Program-made: the position numbers and the translations under genes
Shown: one piece after another, positions 35,687 through 45,452 of the stretch
Position numbering within the stretch: the stretch's first letter is position 1
Layout: each line of letters begins with the position of its first letter
Sequence record: NC_042060.1
Strand: one strand, 5' to 3'
Length of the DNA: 64,000 nucleotides
Notes under the pieces: generated by a model
Seen by the model: the letters and a program-made list of their open reading frames with translations, nothing else
What the model was told of the DNA's origin: nothing
Databases searched by the model: none

Positions 35687-37703
35687 CTTTAACTAGTAAG
35701 TCATATGGATGGTCATTCCTCATCTTGTTAAGGAAACTGCCTGGGTTATTTAGTGGCTCATGCTGCTTTTCGAAAGCCATCGCACCACCTAAACTACGAC
35801 ATTGCATTAGCCTATTATATTTTTCAAATTGGCCATTAATACCGGGTTTAGGTAAGCGATAGTCTCGATATTGAGCTGAACGGATCATCATAGCGTATAT
35901 CAAGATCTCACAATGGGAAATATTAAGGCTAATCTTTTCATTAGCCATTGTTGCAAATACAGGTAGTGCTTCAATTGGTGACTTGTAGTTTTTAAGATAC
36001 GTTTTAGACGTATATCCAACTTTCTCAGTGCTTAGTTTACCTGCCTCGGCTGAGTCACTACCGGAATGTAAGAAACTTTGGAATCGTTTCATTACTTCAT
36101 ACATGTTTACGTGCTTATTTGGTAGCGTTAAGAATGGTAGGTTAAAATCAAAACCACGAAGACTAATGACGATATTGTCTCGCTGATCTAGTTCCCAACG
36201 GACCATCTTAATATGCTTTAGCATTTCAATAGATAGACTAGCCCTACGGTTATACAGCGACACAGTCAGAACATCACCACATTCACCATTCACCTCATCA
36301 TCATAGACTAGGGCCAGGCTGGTTAGTTCAGTAGCTGAAGTAGCTGGATATGCAGTAAGGTCATCAATCATTAAAATGTCAGCAAGGTTTTCTGCCTCTG
36401 ACCGTGCGATTACTAAACGATAATCCTTCTGAGTAAGTTCTTTCTTTAGATATAGTGTCTCTGGGATTTCACCTGTTCTTAAATAATTACTTTCAATTTT
36501 GCCAAGTTTATATTGTTCTACAGCAGAAGACGCATCGGTGTGTTTAGTAGACAATACTGCTGAAGTAATTTTGTCACCCATCGATACGGCAGCAACCTGA
36601 CCGATATTAGTTCCTTTTGGAATATTGATACCTAGTCGGCCATAACAAGTCATACAGATACCCTGACTATCTGGATGATTACATCCAAATACAGACCTGA
36701 ATTTCTGTTTAGTTCCAATTAGGTGTGTTTCATTTCCACGGATCCAGTCTAGTTTACCATCTTCTTTTTGATAATATTTTCCTTTGAATGCTTTTAAAGT
36801 TAACTTAGTTACAGGATACTCAGCTAAGATTGTGGTCTTACAATCACCAGGATGTAGCCTTTGGACATATTGTGCAATAAGCTGAGATTTCCGGTTAAAG
36901 TATTCAGTTACTCGCAGTAGTTCTTTGTTATATAGTAGTGCTTTAGTACCTGAACGAGATTCAATCATATTCTCATACAGATTCCAAATACCATCAATAT
37001 AACCAGTTGTTACCGGATATTTAAAGATATCTGAGTTAATGTCAGTTGGAAAGCCCCGCCAAGCAAATGCTTGTAGAAGCTGTTCAGTTTTCTGAGTACC
37101 AGAACGAAGACCTTCAATGATGCTGTTACCAATGAATTGGGTAGGATCATTAAATACTTCTTTGACTTTACCATAACTAATTTTTTCGATACCATAAGTA
37201 GTTGGTTCGATATTATGGTTAGCCTCACGTACCTTGGGATGATTATATACTTCAGCAATATCAAACATCGACAAGGTTGCTAGATATTCAGACAGTTTCA
37301 CAGTGGTCTGATTATACAGCCAGTTCTTACCTTCAATAGCCAGTTTAGATAGTACTTCAGGATCTACTGTTTCACCTGACCAATCATAGATGTTCCAAAT
37401 AGCCTTATTTAAATGCTTAACCATGGCCTTAGATGTTACTCGGCCACCTTCAACATTTAGATAATCTTTAGGGTTATCAGTTAAGATGCGATTGAAATCG
37501 ATATGGTGATCAGATGGAATTGGGCAATCTTTATAATGTTTAAGAGGATACCAACACAGAACGGATAATTTGGTAATACGGTCAACTGACACAACCGTTT
37601 TACCATCATCAAATTCGATTAGATGCCATTCTGAAGGGAGTGACCATAAATCATCATAACTTAGATTTAGAAGATCACGCGCTTTATAACGATTAAGATT
37701 CAT
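35670..37703 (-). CDS. Non-virion RNA polymerase beta' C-terminal subunit (gp74-like), 677 aa
   Basis: RSVFGC..GICMTCYG zinc site; trigger-loop-like IGQVAAVSMGDKITSAVLSTKH. Confidence 0.9.
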   Translation of the reverse strand: MNLNRYKARDLLNLSYDDLWSLPSEWHLIEFDDGKTVVSVDRITKLSVLCWYPLKHYKDCPIPSDHHIDFNRILTDNPKDYLNVEGGRVTSKAMVKHLNKAIWNIYDWSGETVDPEVLSKLAIEGKNWLYNQTTVKLSEYLATLSMFDIAEVYNHPKVREANHNIEPTTYGIEKISYGKVKEVFNDPTQFIGNSIIEGLRSGTQKTEQLLQAFAWRGFPTDINSDIFKYPVTTGYIDGIWNLYENMIESRSGTKALLYNKELLRVTEYFNRKSQLIAQYVQRLHPGDCKTTILAEYPVTKLTLKAFKGKYYQKEDGKLDWIRGNETHLIGTKQKFRSVFGCNHPDSQGICMTCYGRLGINIPKGTNIGQVAAVSMGDKITSAVLSTKHTDASSAVEQYKLGKIESNYLRTGEIPETLYLKKELTQKDYRLVIARSEAENLADILMIDDLTAYPATSATELTSLALVYDDEVNGECGDVLTVSLYNRRASLSIEMLKHIKMVRWELDQRDNIVISLRGFDFNLPFLTLPNKHVNMYEVMKRFQSFLHSGSDSAEAGKLSTEKVGYTSKTYLKNYKSPIEALPVFATMANEKISLNISHCEILIYAMMIRSAQYRDYRLPKPGINGQFEKYNRLMQCRSLGGAMAFEKQHEPLNNPGSFLNKMRNDHPYDLLVKGGKLR

Positions 37704-37726
37704 TATTTACCTCTTGTATTATTAAA

Positions 37727-37747
37727 CCCCTGATCAATGATCAGGGG
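37727..37747 (-). terminator. Hairpin overlapping the beta subunit stop codon
   Basis: CCCCTGATCA-A-TGATCAGGGG, followed by TTTAAT on the minus strand. Confidence 0.5.
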
Positions 37748-38657
37748 CATATTCTAATGCAATACCACTACATTCAAGCAGGTGATCAAACATAGCTACT
37801 GGGCGAGATCCACCAAATGGAATCTTTTCACGATCAACTGCAACTGGTACAGATGAAGGTTTTTCTGCTGTTAGCCAAGACTCAATAACCGCAGCATGCG
37901 CCAATGGGTTATTAGTTTGGTCTAAGATTTCAGCAGTCGGACCTGGACCAACTGTACAGTTATATGACCGAGTTTCAGATTCACCGAATGACCGGATAGC
38001 TGTTTCTCGACCAGGTGTGCTAGCCCTATCAGCATTGTTTAACTTAGAAGGTAGACCAAATGGTTGTGTTTTTACAGATGCTGCTGCTGACCAGTCTTCA
38101 CCAATCTTTTCTAGTAGCATCATGTAAAGTGGACCCATTAAGACATTATCTTTAGTTGTTACCCACTTACCAGCTTGATCTCGATAAGATACCTTCCCAT
38201 AGTGTGGTCGATACTTATCGCTATTAATTAATTTGTTGACTGCTGCCATTAGATCCACTGGATCATCAACTGGTGCGTAGATATATGGGAATCCATCCAT
38301 TAGTACTGTTTTAACATGTTCTGCTGGATTTGGGTGTTCCATCATTTTACTATGCATTGTTGGAGCAATGATCTCATAGAAACCTAATAGTTCTTTAAAT
38401 GCATAATCAACCCATTGCGTATTACCCATTACACTATTTAGTTGTTGCTGGGTTGGTTTGGCATGTCGATCTAGTCCAGCTTCAACGCGTAGGCGTTGAG
38501 CTAGATCTCGTGCAGCTGCGCCAAAACCATGTTCATAAATTCGACCATAATTTGAACGACGCATGGTTGAACCACCAAAGATAATTAGATCTGCCCTATT
38601 ACCATTTTCGTCAATAGGCATATCTTCATCTTCCATTACCTTACAGATGACGCCCTT
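37734..38657 (-). CDS. Non-virion RNAP beta C-terminal subunit, exon 2 (gp73-like)
   Basis: Begins AAG GGC GTC (KGVICKVMEDEDMP) after the intron terminal G; RSNYGRIYE, GPLYMMLLEK and RSFGESE match beta motifs. Confidence 0.9.
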   Translation of the reverse strand, partial: KGVICKVMEDEDMPIDENGNRADLIIFGGSTMRRSNYGRIYEHGFGAAARDLAQRLRVEAGLDRHAKPTQQQLNSVMGNTQWVDYAFKELLGFYEIIAPTMHSKMMEHPNPAEHVKTVLMDGFPYIYAPVDDPVDLMAAVNKLINSDKYRPHYGKVSYRDQAGKWVTTKDNVLMGPLYMMLLEKIGEDWSAAASVKTQPFGLPSKLNNADRASTPGRETAIRSFGESETRSYNCTVGPGPTAEILDQTNNPLAHAAVIESWLTAEKPSSVPVAVDREKIPFGGSRPVAMFDHLLECSGIALEYAPDH

Positions 38658-38964
38658 CGTTATGTTCAGGTAAGTTCGCTACGCTTACCCCGCCTCTCGT
38701 ATTGCAGGCAGCTGCATGTCACCATGCAGACCAGACTATATCTTAACCTTCACCCTAGGTGGTCAGGTCCCTCCCATTTCCACTCGCTTGAGTGTACTCC
38801 GCGTAACCGGATAGTCGTTGAACGTTCAATCCATTTCTGGAAAGCTTCGCTGCTGATTGTCTCATTGAGATGTCCCAGCAATTAGAGAGGATTTACTTGA
38901 CTCTTTCGAGATCAAGCAGGCAATTTGACAATATCCATTCCTGAGAGATGGATGGATATTAATT
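38658..38964 (-). ncRNA. Group I intron, 307 nt, no ORF
   Basis: P AATTGCTGG, Q AATCAGCAG, R TTCAACGACTA, S AAGATATAGTC. P1 is GGU|AAUU paired to AAUUGCC, with U-G at the splice site, and the intron ends in G. Splicing restores FHGG-KGV in frame. Confidence 0.93.
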
Positions 38965-40143
38965 ACCACCATGAAAATCAGTCATCTTGAAAGCACCAGC
39001 AGGCATCTTTTGGGCTTTGTAAGTTACTTCGACTCGCCATTCATCTAGTGGGTCTAGTCGATAGAATCGAGATAGTTTACGGACATTATCAGGTTGAGGT
39101 AGGAACATCTGTGCAGTTACAATAAGACGTTCAAATTCCTCAGTGATATGTAGATCATCTTTACGACGTGCTAATAGACCACGATAGATCTTTAATAGTT
39201 CTCGATAATAACTGCTAAGATGAGTATGATATTTAACTAGTTGTGCATCCATTCCTGTTGGAGTAGGGGATGGATTTACACGCTCATCACGCCAAATATC
39301 AATATCAATAACCTTCGCACCAGGTGTGCCAATAACAGCTCTATCGAAAGTTCTATCTAGTGTACGAAGTGCCCTAGGAGTCATCTCGGCAGGAGCTAGA
39401 TCATCATCATGGTCACGGATGGCGAAGATTACACCATCTGGTCGGATAACATCGCCAATGTCTGGGAATGGTTTATAGACCTTATCATCGCCATACATGT
39501 TTAAGAAGAAAGCTTTCCTACCAGCATTAGCTACAGCCGTGCTATAACTAGTTGGCATCATCCTTTTAAGGAAATTCTTATTAGCTACGAATCCATCTTC
39601 AATGGTACCAGCGGCAGATAGGAATACAACATTAGCATTAACACCCATCCCTAAAGTACCGTCTTTCTTAACTGCACCAGACTGTGCAATCACTGTGTCT
39701 TTAGAGAACATTTCATTTGGGGCAATGGTTTCCCACACTTCTCGATTCTTTACAAGTTCATAACCAAAGTCTTGGTGATGACTCATGTACTCGGGAACAT
39801 GTAAGACACCAATGGTTTTATATTTGTCAAAATAGTTTTCGTAGATAATAGTTGTTACCGGGTTAGATCTAATACTGTCTTTACCAATACCCGTTGGATA
39901 TTTTCTAAGAACATGTAGTACACGACAATCCTCAGGAAAACGAACATCATGTGTATACTTGGCATACTCTAATTCAGCACCCGTTAGGAAATAACGCGAT
40001 TCATTTCCATTTACTTCTGGTGCCTGGCCAATATGTGTTACAAACATAGCACCCCGTGCAGATGAGGTAGTGCCATACCAAGGATCTAAACCAGTATGCC
40101 CTAATAGGGTTAGATCAATTTCACGTTTACCTAGTTCAGCCAT
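38965..40143 (-). CDS. Non-virion RNAP beta C-terminal subunit, exon 1 (gp71-like); spliced product 700 aa
   Basis: SSARGAMF, GTIEDGF, ...FKMTDFHGG; GGTGA SD before the ATG at 40143. Confidence 0.9.
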
Positions 40144-40255
40144 TTTGTTTATCACCATTAATTAGACAAGATGCAGTACTACTATATTTCTTATTTGCGC
40201 TGTTTTTAGATATAGCCTTTTGTAAGACTTCAATGTCTGGTATCACCAATCTCAT
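40136..40255 (-). CDS. 39-aa leader ORF overlapping the beta start (not in ORF track)
   Basis: AGGAGG SD, then MRLVIPDIEVLQKAISKNSANKKYSSTASCLINGDKQNG*; the stop overlaps ATGGCTGA. Confidence 0.55.
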   Translation of the reverse strand: MRLVIPDIEVLQKAISKNSANKKYSSTASCLINGDKQNG

Positions 40256-40281
40256 ACCTCCTGTTTACTAATTACAAATCA

Positions 40282-40300
40282 ATGATATAGATCTTAAATA
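40282..40300 (-). promoter_or_regulatory. Early (virion RNAP) promoter-like motif
   Basis: The minus strand reads TATTTAAGATCTATATCAT, the same family as the motifs at 45361 and 57901. Confidence 0.6.
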
Positions 40301-40307
40301 AAATTTA

Positions 40308-40682
40308 TTGGAATTTATTATGGCGTTCACACTGTTAGCTAATCAGCCAGATTCAGGTGAATCTGTTTATTATGAACCAGGGTTCAGATTAATTATTGAG
40401 ACTCATTTGAATATCTTACGTAATGTCAGATCCACACGTATTCAGATTCCACCTGAACTGTATTACCAGTTCGAAGGAAACTTTTATGGATACATGGCAG
40501 AACGCCGTGTCAATCCTGATATGTGGTGGATTCAAATGCGTGTTAATGGTTTAGTTAGCCCTTATGATTTTGGTAAAGTTCTAAGGGATCCTTCAGCTAA
40601 TGATTACACCAGCTATTTAATCATACCGAATAACGACATGATTCAACACCTCGTTAGCTTATATCAAACTAAAAAGTTTTAA
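40308..40682 (+). CDS. Small conserved protein (gp70.1-like), possibly T4 gp53/LysM-like baseplate component
   Basis: YQFEGNFYGY...MWWIQMRVNGLVSPYDF resembles the gp53-type YW.IL..N.I.DP..DW pattern (inference); likely start MAFT at 40320. Confidence 0.55.
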   Translation: MEFIMAFTLLANQPDSGESVYYEPGFRLIIETHLNILRNVRSTRIQIPPELYYQFEGNFYGYMAERRVNPDMWWIQMRVNGLVSPYDFGKVLRDPSANDYTSYLIIPNNDMIQHLVSLYQTKKF

Positions 40683-40688
40683 AGCAAG

Positions 40689-40718
40689 CCAGGGGACCCT
40701 TAGGCCCCCTGGTTTATG
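40689..40718. terminator. Bidirectional terminator
   Basis: CCAGGGG / CCCCTGG stem between convergent genes, then TTTATG. Confidence 0.75.
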
Positions 40719-40723
40719 CCGTG

Positions 40724-42115
40724 TTACAGTAGACGACCCATCATTTGGTTTCCACCTAGATTCATCATCGCGGTGTTACCATTACCAGCTAGAGCGGGGT
40801 TTAGTGCTTGTGCAAATCCACCACCCATCGGCATTTGATTGCCCATGAGTTGCATCATTTGCGGATGCATATTAGCCATCATTGGTTGCTGTGGCTGCAT
40901 CATCCCAGGCATTGCAAAGTTATTGTTCATCATAACAGGTTGTTGCATCATTCCGGGTTGAGCAAATTGGTTTTTCTGCCCAGCGTTTAGAAGATCTTGG
41001 ATAGATGCTTTATTGCTAGTTTGAACTTGTTGTGCGGGACGTTGAGGTGCCTGAGTCATTGCTACAGCTTGACTCATAGATGGATTAACATTCACAGTTG
41101 TGCCTACTGGTACACGTGTAGAAGTAGTTTGTTCTTTAGCAGTATTACCCACTTTAACTACACTATCCTTTTTCTGGACAGGAATTTGGGCAACTGGGTT
41201 TACAGTTTCAGAAGCTTCTTCTTCTACTTCATTGCTGACTCCTTCATTACCATCAAGAGAGGGGATCTCACGTTGCATCTTTGCAAAATCAGCAATCACC
41301 TTCTCATCAACTTTTGAATAAGGTTGAATAGCATCATCGAAGATCAGGCGATACTTATCAATAACACTATTTAGTTGAGTAGTGATTTTGTTAAATGCCT
41401 GGATAAGACATACAAAATAAGGTGCTACCCGCTCAACTGTTCCTGCTGAATATTCAGTTGGTGAATCACCAAATGGTACAACTAGTTTAAATAGTTCGAT
41501 TAGAACTGGCCGCTGTTTCTTAGGTACATTTACTCCAAGGATATCATCTTTAGAATAAAGATCCTCTACGATAGGGAACCGAATAACGCAGATACGGTTA
41601 ACTGTCTTCCCATCAAATTTACCATTTGCTTTTAGATACACGCTTACAAAACGTGAACGTTTTTCAGCAGCTTTGACAACCTTATTAAACCACTCAATGG
41701 TATCTGGCTTAGCACCGGATAGTTTCTTTAGGAAGTCTGAACATTCTGGTGGAATGTCTTTATGCAGAGTGGAGTCGGCAGCTACTTCTAAAATACGTGA
41801 AGTAAGATACTTCACAGTAAACATTAGATTAGCCTTAACTTGACGCTGCATATGCTGTAGTACTTGAGAAGTACCTAGCCGAGAGATCTTTTCAGATAGC
41901 GGGTGGAAGGCGATGTAATCATCGCCTAGCCCTTTACGAAGCCAATCTTTAGTAGGTACCACTAGTCGCTTACCATCTACCTTTGCAGGTGCAGGTCGAC
42001 CAAGTGGATCGAGAATACTGATCATATCCTCTTCACCTACTTTGTATCGGAAAGCAGGTAATACTTGATCACTATAGAACTTGGAAAGAGAAATCGTAGG
42101 CATTGTTATCACCAA
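40724..42115 (-). CDS. Conserved nucleus-associated protein (gp70-like) with Q/M/N/G-rich low-complexity tail
   Basis: Folded N-terminal ~290 aa, then QPGMMQQPVMMNNNFAMPGMMQPQQ...; synteny. Confidence 0.7.
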   Translation of the reverse strand: MVITMPTISLSKFYSDQVLPAFRYKVGEEDMISILDPLGRPAPAKVDGKRLVVPTKDWLRKGLGDDYIAFHPLSEKISRLGTSQVLQHMQRQVKANLMFTVKYLTSRILEVAADSTLHKDIPPECSDFLKKLSGAKPDTIEWFNKVVKAAEKRSRFVSVYLKANGKFDGKTVNRICVIRFPIVEDLYSKDDILGVNVPKKQRPVLIELFKLVVPFGDSPTEYSAGTVERVAPYFVCLIQAFNKITTQLNSVIDKYRLIFDDAIQPYSKVDEKVIADFAKMQREIPSLDGNEGVSNEVEEEASETVNPVAQIPVQKKDSVVKVGNTAKEQTTSTRVPVGTTVNVNPSMSQAVAMTQAPQRPAQQVQTSNKASIQDLLNAGQKNQFAQPGMMQQPVMMNNNFAMPGMMQPQQPMMANMHPQMMQLMGNQMPMGGGFAQALNPALAGNGNTAMMNLGGNQMMGRLL

Positions 42116-43745
42116 ATTTAGGATTGATTTGAGCAGGTTGAGCTACAGGATGTTGATACGGTTGCATGTTAACCGGCTGACCACTACTGTTTAGAATGTT
42201 TTGTTGAGTCTTAGTTGGGATAACATTCTTAACAAGATAGGTAAGGTCATTAGAGATCATAGCCGGTGCAGATGCATCCCGAGTAATGACTGGACTAAAC
42301 AGACTATCAATGAAGGTCGGTGCGATGAATCGTTCTACCGATTCATGATTTAGACTGATATCAATAACAGTATCACCAGCTAAGTCAGAGTGCATGGAAA
42401 TTTTAAACGGAATCTGGTTACCATAAGAGATACTGTTAATCGCATCGGTAATAAGACGACGTTCAAAGTCATTAATCTGTGGAGTCATATCAATTCCATC
42501 CATGATACTCCTGGTACCATTTGGATGCATTTCGAATAGATAGTTATTCGCTCCATGTCCATTTGTAATTGCAAAGGAGGTTACCCGGAAATAGTTATCC
42601 ATCATGATTGCTGGAACTACTTGTGCAAGTAGAGATGCTGCAACAGTGTGATGATCTGCACCACCCCAATGCATGGAATGCTCTGCTCGGTTAACGAAGC
42701 GTTGAGAATTACCATTATCCATACCAGCTTTAACTACACCATCAACCAGTAGTTCAGGGAATACTCGTTGTAGGTCAGCCAGTGTAACAAAGCCACGTTC
42801 CATGTAATTGCAGCGTTCTTTTAGAATGCGCATGAACATATTGGAATGGATATCTTGATTTCGAAGTACAGCAGATGCATCGCCTAGCATCACTTCATCA
42901 GAGACACCTCCAAAGATATTATCGTTATCATTATTAGCCATCTCAGCTTCTTTAACAGAATGCTGCCATGCATTAAGAGTACTAGATAGATAACGAGTAG
43001 GAGAAGTATCACGGCGATTTGAATATTGGAAAGTGCCTGCTTCACCAACACTGGAGCGTTGGTCAATGATCCGGTCAAATACGCCTTGATGTAGTCCAGT
43101 TGATTCAATGCGTTTAGCTACTTGCATCGTTTGCTGAATTTGGAAAACATCTTCTGGTCGTTGGAGATATGATGAAGTTCCAGTATACATGCTAAACCCG
43201 TTCTGAGGGATAGTAATATCACTCATGATATCGACGGGTGCAAGGATCTGGTTAGAACCTAGGATATGTGCTTGTTTGACTACACCGAACTCAGTTGGTC
43301 GTTGGCGCTCTACAATAACAGTTTCACTATTAAAATAGATACGCATGTTAGGATCTAGACTATTGCTAAGCGGACTAATAGAGCAATGGTCAGAGCAACC
43401 AAATAGAATCCGGCAAGTACGGGTATTACCAAAGAAACGGTTATTCTCCCATACTTTCATCATGAACCTAAACCGGCGCTCACCCCAACCATTGACGATA
43501 GGGACTTCACCTTGAGTTTGAGCACGTGGTGCAATCACATCAGCTGCAATTTGCTGCACAGCTGCAACACCTAGATTACGACCATCATTAGTTGCTTCTT
43601 TTAAACGTTCAATAGAGTTCTCAGTGACCTCTACCGTAAATGGTCGAACATGCTCAGGTTGATAAGTACCAGTCTGTACTAGAATGAATGATTCAATCTG
43701 TACTTCAGTATTACCACCCATTGCTGAATTATTAAAACCTAACAT
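42072..43745 (-). CDS. picA: Phage-nucleus protein importer PicA/Imp1 (gp69-like), 557 aa
   Basis: Immediately downstream of the gp68-like subunit, the conserved position of PicA in Chimalliviridae; assignment from synteny and size. Confidence 0.7.
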   Translation of the reverse strand: MLGFNNSAMGGNTEVQIESFILVQTGTYQPEHVRPFTVEVTENSIERLKEATNDGRNLGVAAVQQIAADVIAPRAQTQGEVPIVNGWGERRFRFMMKVWENNRFFGNTRTCRILFGCSDHCSISPLSNSLDPNMRIYFNSETVIVERQRPTEFGVVKQAHILGSNQILAPVDIMSDITIPQNGFSMYTGTSSYLQRPEDVFQIQQTMQVAKRIESTGLHQGVFDRIIDQRSSVGEAGTFQYSNRRDTSPTRYLSSTLNAWQHSVKEAEMANNDNDNIFGGVSDEVMLGDASAVLRNQDIHSNMFMRILKERCNYMERGFVTLADLQRVFPELLVDGVVKAGMDNGNSQRFVNRAEHSMHWGGADHHTVAASLLAQVVPAIMMDNYFRVTSFAITNGHGANNYLFEMHPNGTRSIMDGIDMTPQINDFERRLITDAINSISYGNQIPFKISMHSDLAGDTVIDISLNHESVERFIAPTFIDSLFSPVITRDASAPAMISNDLTYLVKNVIPTKTQQNILNSSGQPVNMQPYQHPVAQPAQINPKFGDNNAYDFSFQVL

Positions 43746-43761
43746 AGAACTACCTCAATTA

Positions 43762-45345
43762 TTACTGATTAAGTTTACCCAGATGAATTACCAGTTCGGT
43801 GATCACCGACTTAATTGTGGCCGGTACAACAAGGACTTTATTCTGAGTTACCTGTTCTGCTTCTTTGAATAAACGATCGGGTCCATGATAGATCCAGTTA
43901 CTAGATCTAATGGATGCATGTGCAGATTGCACAGCAATGCCCGCAATATTTACAGGTGCTACTGGAACACCATTAATAGCTCGCTGTTGTCGTTGATGTG
44001 GATAAAGCTCATCCATTACGTCCTTATATTTAATTTGAATACGTGTACTATTACGTGGTTGAATGGACATTGCATGTTCACCACTATAATACAACTCTAC
44101 TTGCATAAATACAGCAACTTGTTGGAAACCCCAATGCCACATTAGTGACTGAGCTGCTGCCAACAAATGGTTAACTGCATTTTTATTAATGTGGCTGAAT
44201 GCTCTTGCAGGGAAAGCTTTGTGCATCACCCATTGTGCAAGTAATATCTGGTGTGGATAGATATCTTTAGTAGCTGTAACTGCAACGCAATCTAGACATT
44301 CCTGAATTAACTCTACTGGGACAGTGTCATCGATTTTGTGAACCAGTTTAACTACATCAAGAGCATCTAAGTTATAAGCTACGATATCACCAGGAGTAAC
44401 TCGCTGTTTAGTTTTATGCGATTCGATAAATGATGTTTTATCATCATCATCAATACCACCTTTATCTGGCCGTTTATCATTAACCCGGTCAGCAGTTGAT
44501 CGTTCAGCAGGGTTTAGATTTGACTTAACATATCTAAACATATTTGAAACGATGGAATGTGAGGTGGCATCGTTTAATGGTAGGATGGTTAATCGCCTAA
44601 CCATAACTTTAGCCTGTAAGATATCCGGCACTTCAGCTGAACTCATACCTCTATAAAGGTTGGCTAAGGTGGGTGCTTCATCTTCTACACAAAACTTAAC
44701 ATATGCACTTAGCTTATCATAAGCTGTTTCTACTGGAGTTCCATCAATTGATATTTCATCAACAGGCCAATGGTTAACCTCACAATCCGAGATGAGACTA
44801 ATTACTTCACACTCTTTATGCATTTCCTGAGAAGTGCCCTGATCAATAAACTCGCCCCAAATAGGTACTAAAGGACGAAGAGCTAGTGATACAGATGCAA
44901 GGTTAATATAGTCATGTTTCAGATATGTTTGATCTGGTCGATTATATCGTGAATCATCAGTGATAACTTCTTCAATATCTACTGGAATATAAAGTTTACC
45001 AATAGTTAGTAGCCATCGCCGAAAACTGTTCATCGGCATGGCTTTATACATCTCTTTGATGTAATAGGATAGACTCATTGCAATCCTCATCGGATCCATA
45101 GCCATATCCATGATCTTACGAATTTCTACATAACAATTCCAGATATGTTGTTGTGTCTCAGCACTTAGGCCACTCCAATAATCATTGATTTCTTGGAATA
45201 CGCGTTGTTGATCTTGTACACGGATTTTACTATAAGCCGTAGTTGTCCAAGTTAAACGTTTACCATTGTGTTCTGTAGCCACTTCAGTAAAACCAGTACC
45301 TTGAACTCCTGTAACGATGATTTGCATTTTAACCTCTTTTACCAA
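43762..45345 (-). CDS. Non-virion RNAP sigma-like subunit (gp68-like), ~521-527 aa
   Basis: Size and position between ChmC and PicA; preceded by an early promoter; GAGG SD before MQII. Confidence 0.8.
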   Translation of the reverse strand: MVKEVKMQIIVTGVQGTGFTEVATEHNGKRLTWTTTAYSKIRVQDQQRVFQEINDYWSGLSAETQQHIWNCYVEIRKIMDMAMDPMRIAMSLSYYIKEMYKAMPMNSFRRWLLTIGKLYIPVDIEEVITDDSRYNRPDQTYLKHDYINLASVSLALRPLVPIWGEFIDQGTSQEMHKECEVISLISDCEVNHWPVDEISIDGTPVETAYDKLSAYVKFCVEDEAPTLANLYRGMSSAEVPDILQAKVMVRRLTILPLNDATSHSIVSNMFRYVKSNLNPAERSTADRVNDKRPDKGGIDDDDKTSFIESHKTKQRVTPGDIVAYNLDALDVVKLVHKIDDTVPVELIQECLDCVAVTATKDIYPHQILLAQWVMHKAFPARAFSHINKNAVNHLLAAAQSLMWHWGFQQVAVFMQVELYYSGEHAMSIQPRNSTRIQIKYKDVMDELYPHQRQQRAINGVPVAPVNIAGIAVQSAHASIRSSNWIYHGPDRLFKEAEQVTQNKVLVVPATIKSVITELVIHLGKLNQ

Positions 45346-45360
45346 TGTAGATACATGTTA

Positions 45361-45380
45361 GTAATATAGATCTCAAATTT
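45361..45380 (-). promoter_or_regulatory. Early promoter
   Basis: The minus strand reads AAATTTGAGATCTATATTAC, containing the phiKZ early core TATATTAC. Confidence 0.8.
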
Positions 45381-45411
45381 TTTTTAGTATAACGGTATTT
45401 AGTGCTGAGGG

Positions 45412-45450
45412 CATATCGGTGCCTACTTCGAGAGTAAGCACCGAAATATG
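45412..45450. terminator. Hairpin after chmC
   Basis: CATAT-CGGTGC...GCACCG-AAATATG. Confidence 0.55.
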
Positions 45451-45452
45451 TT

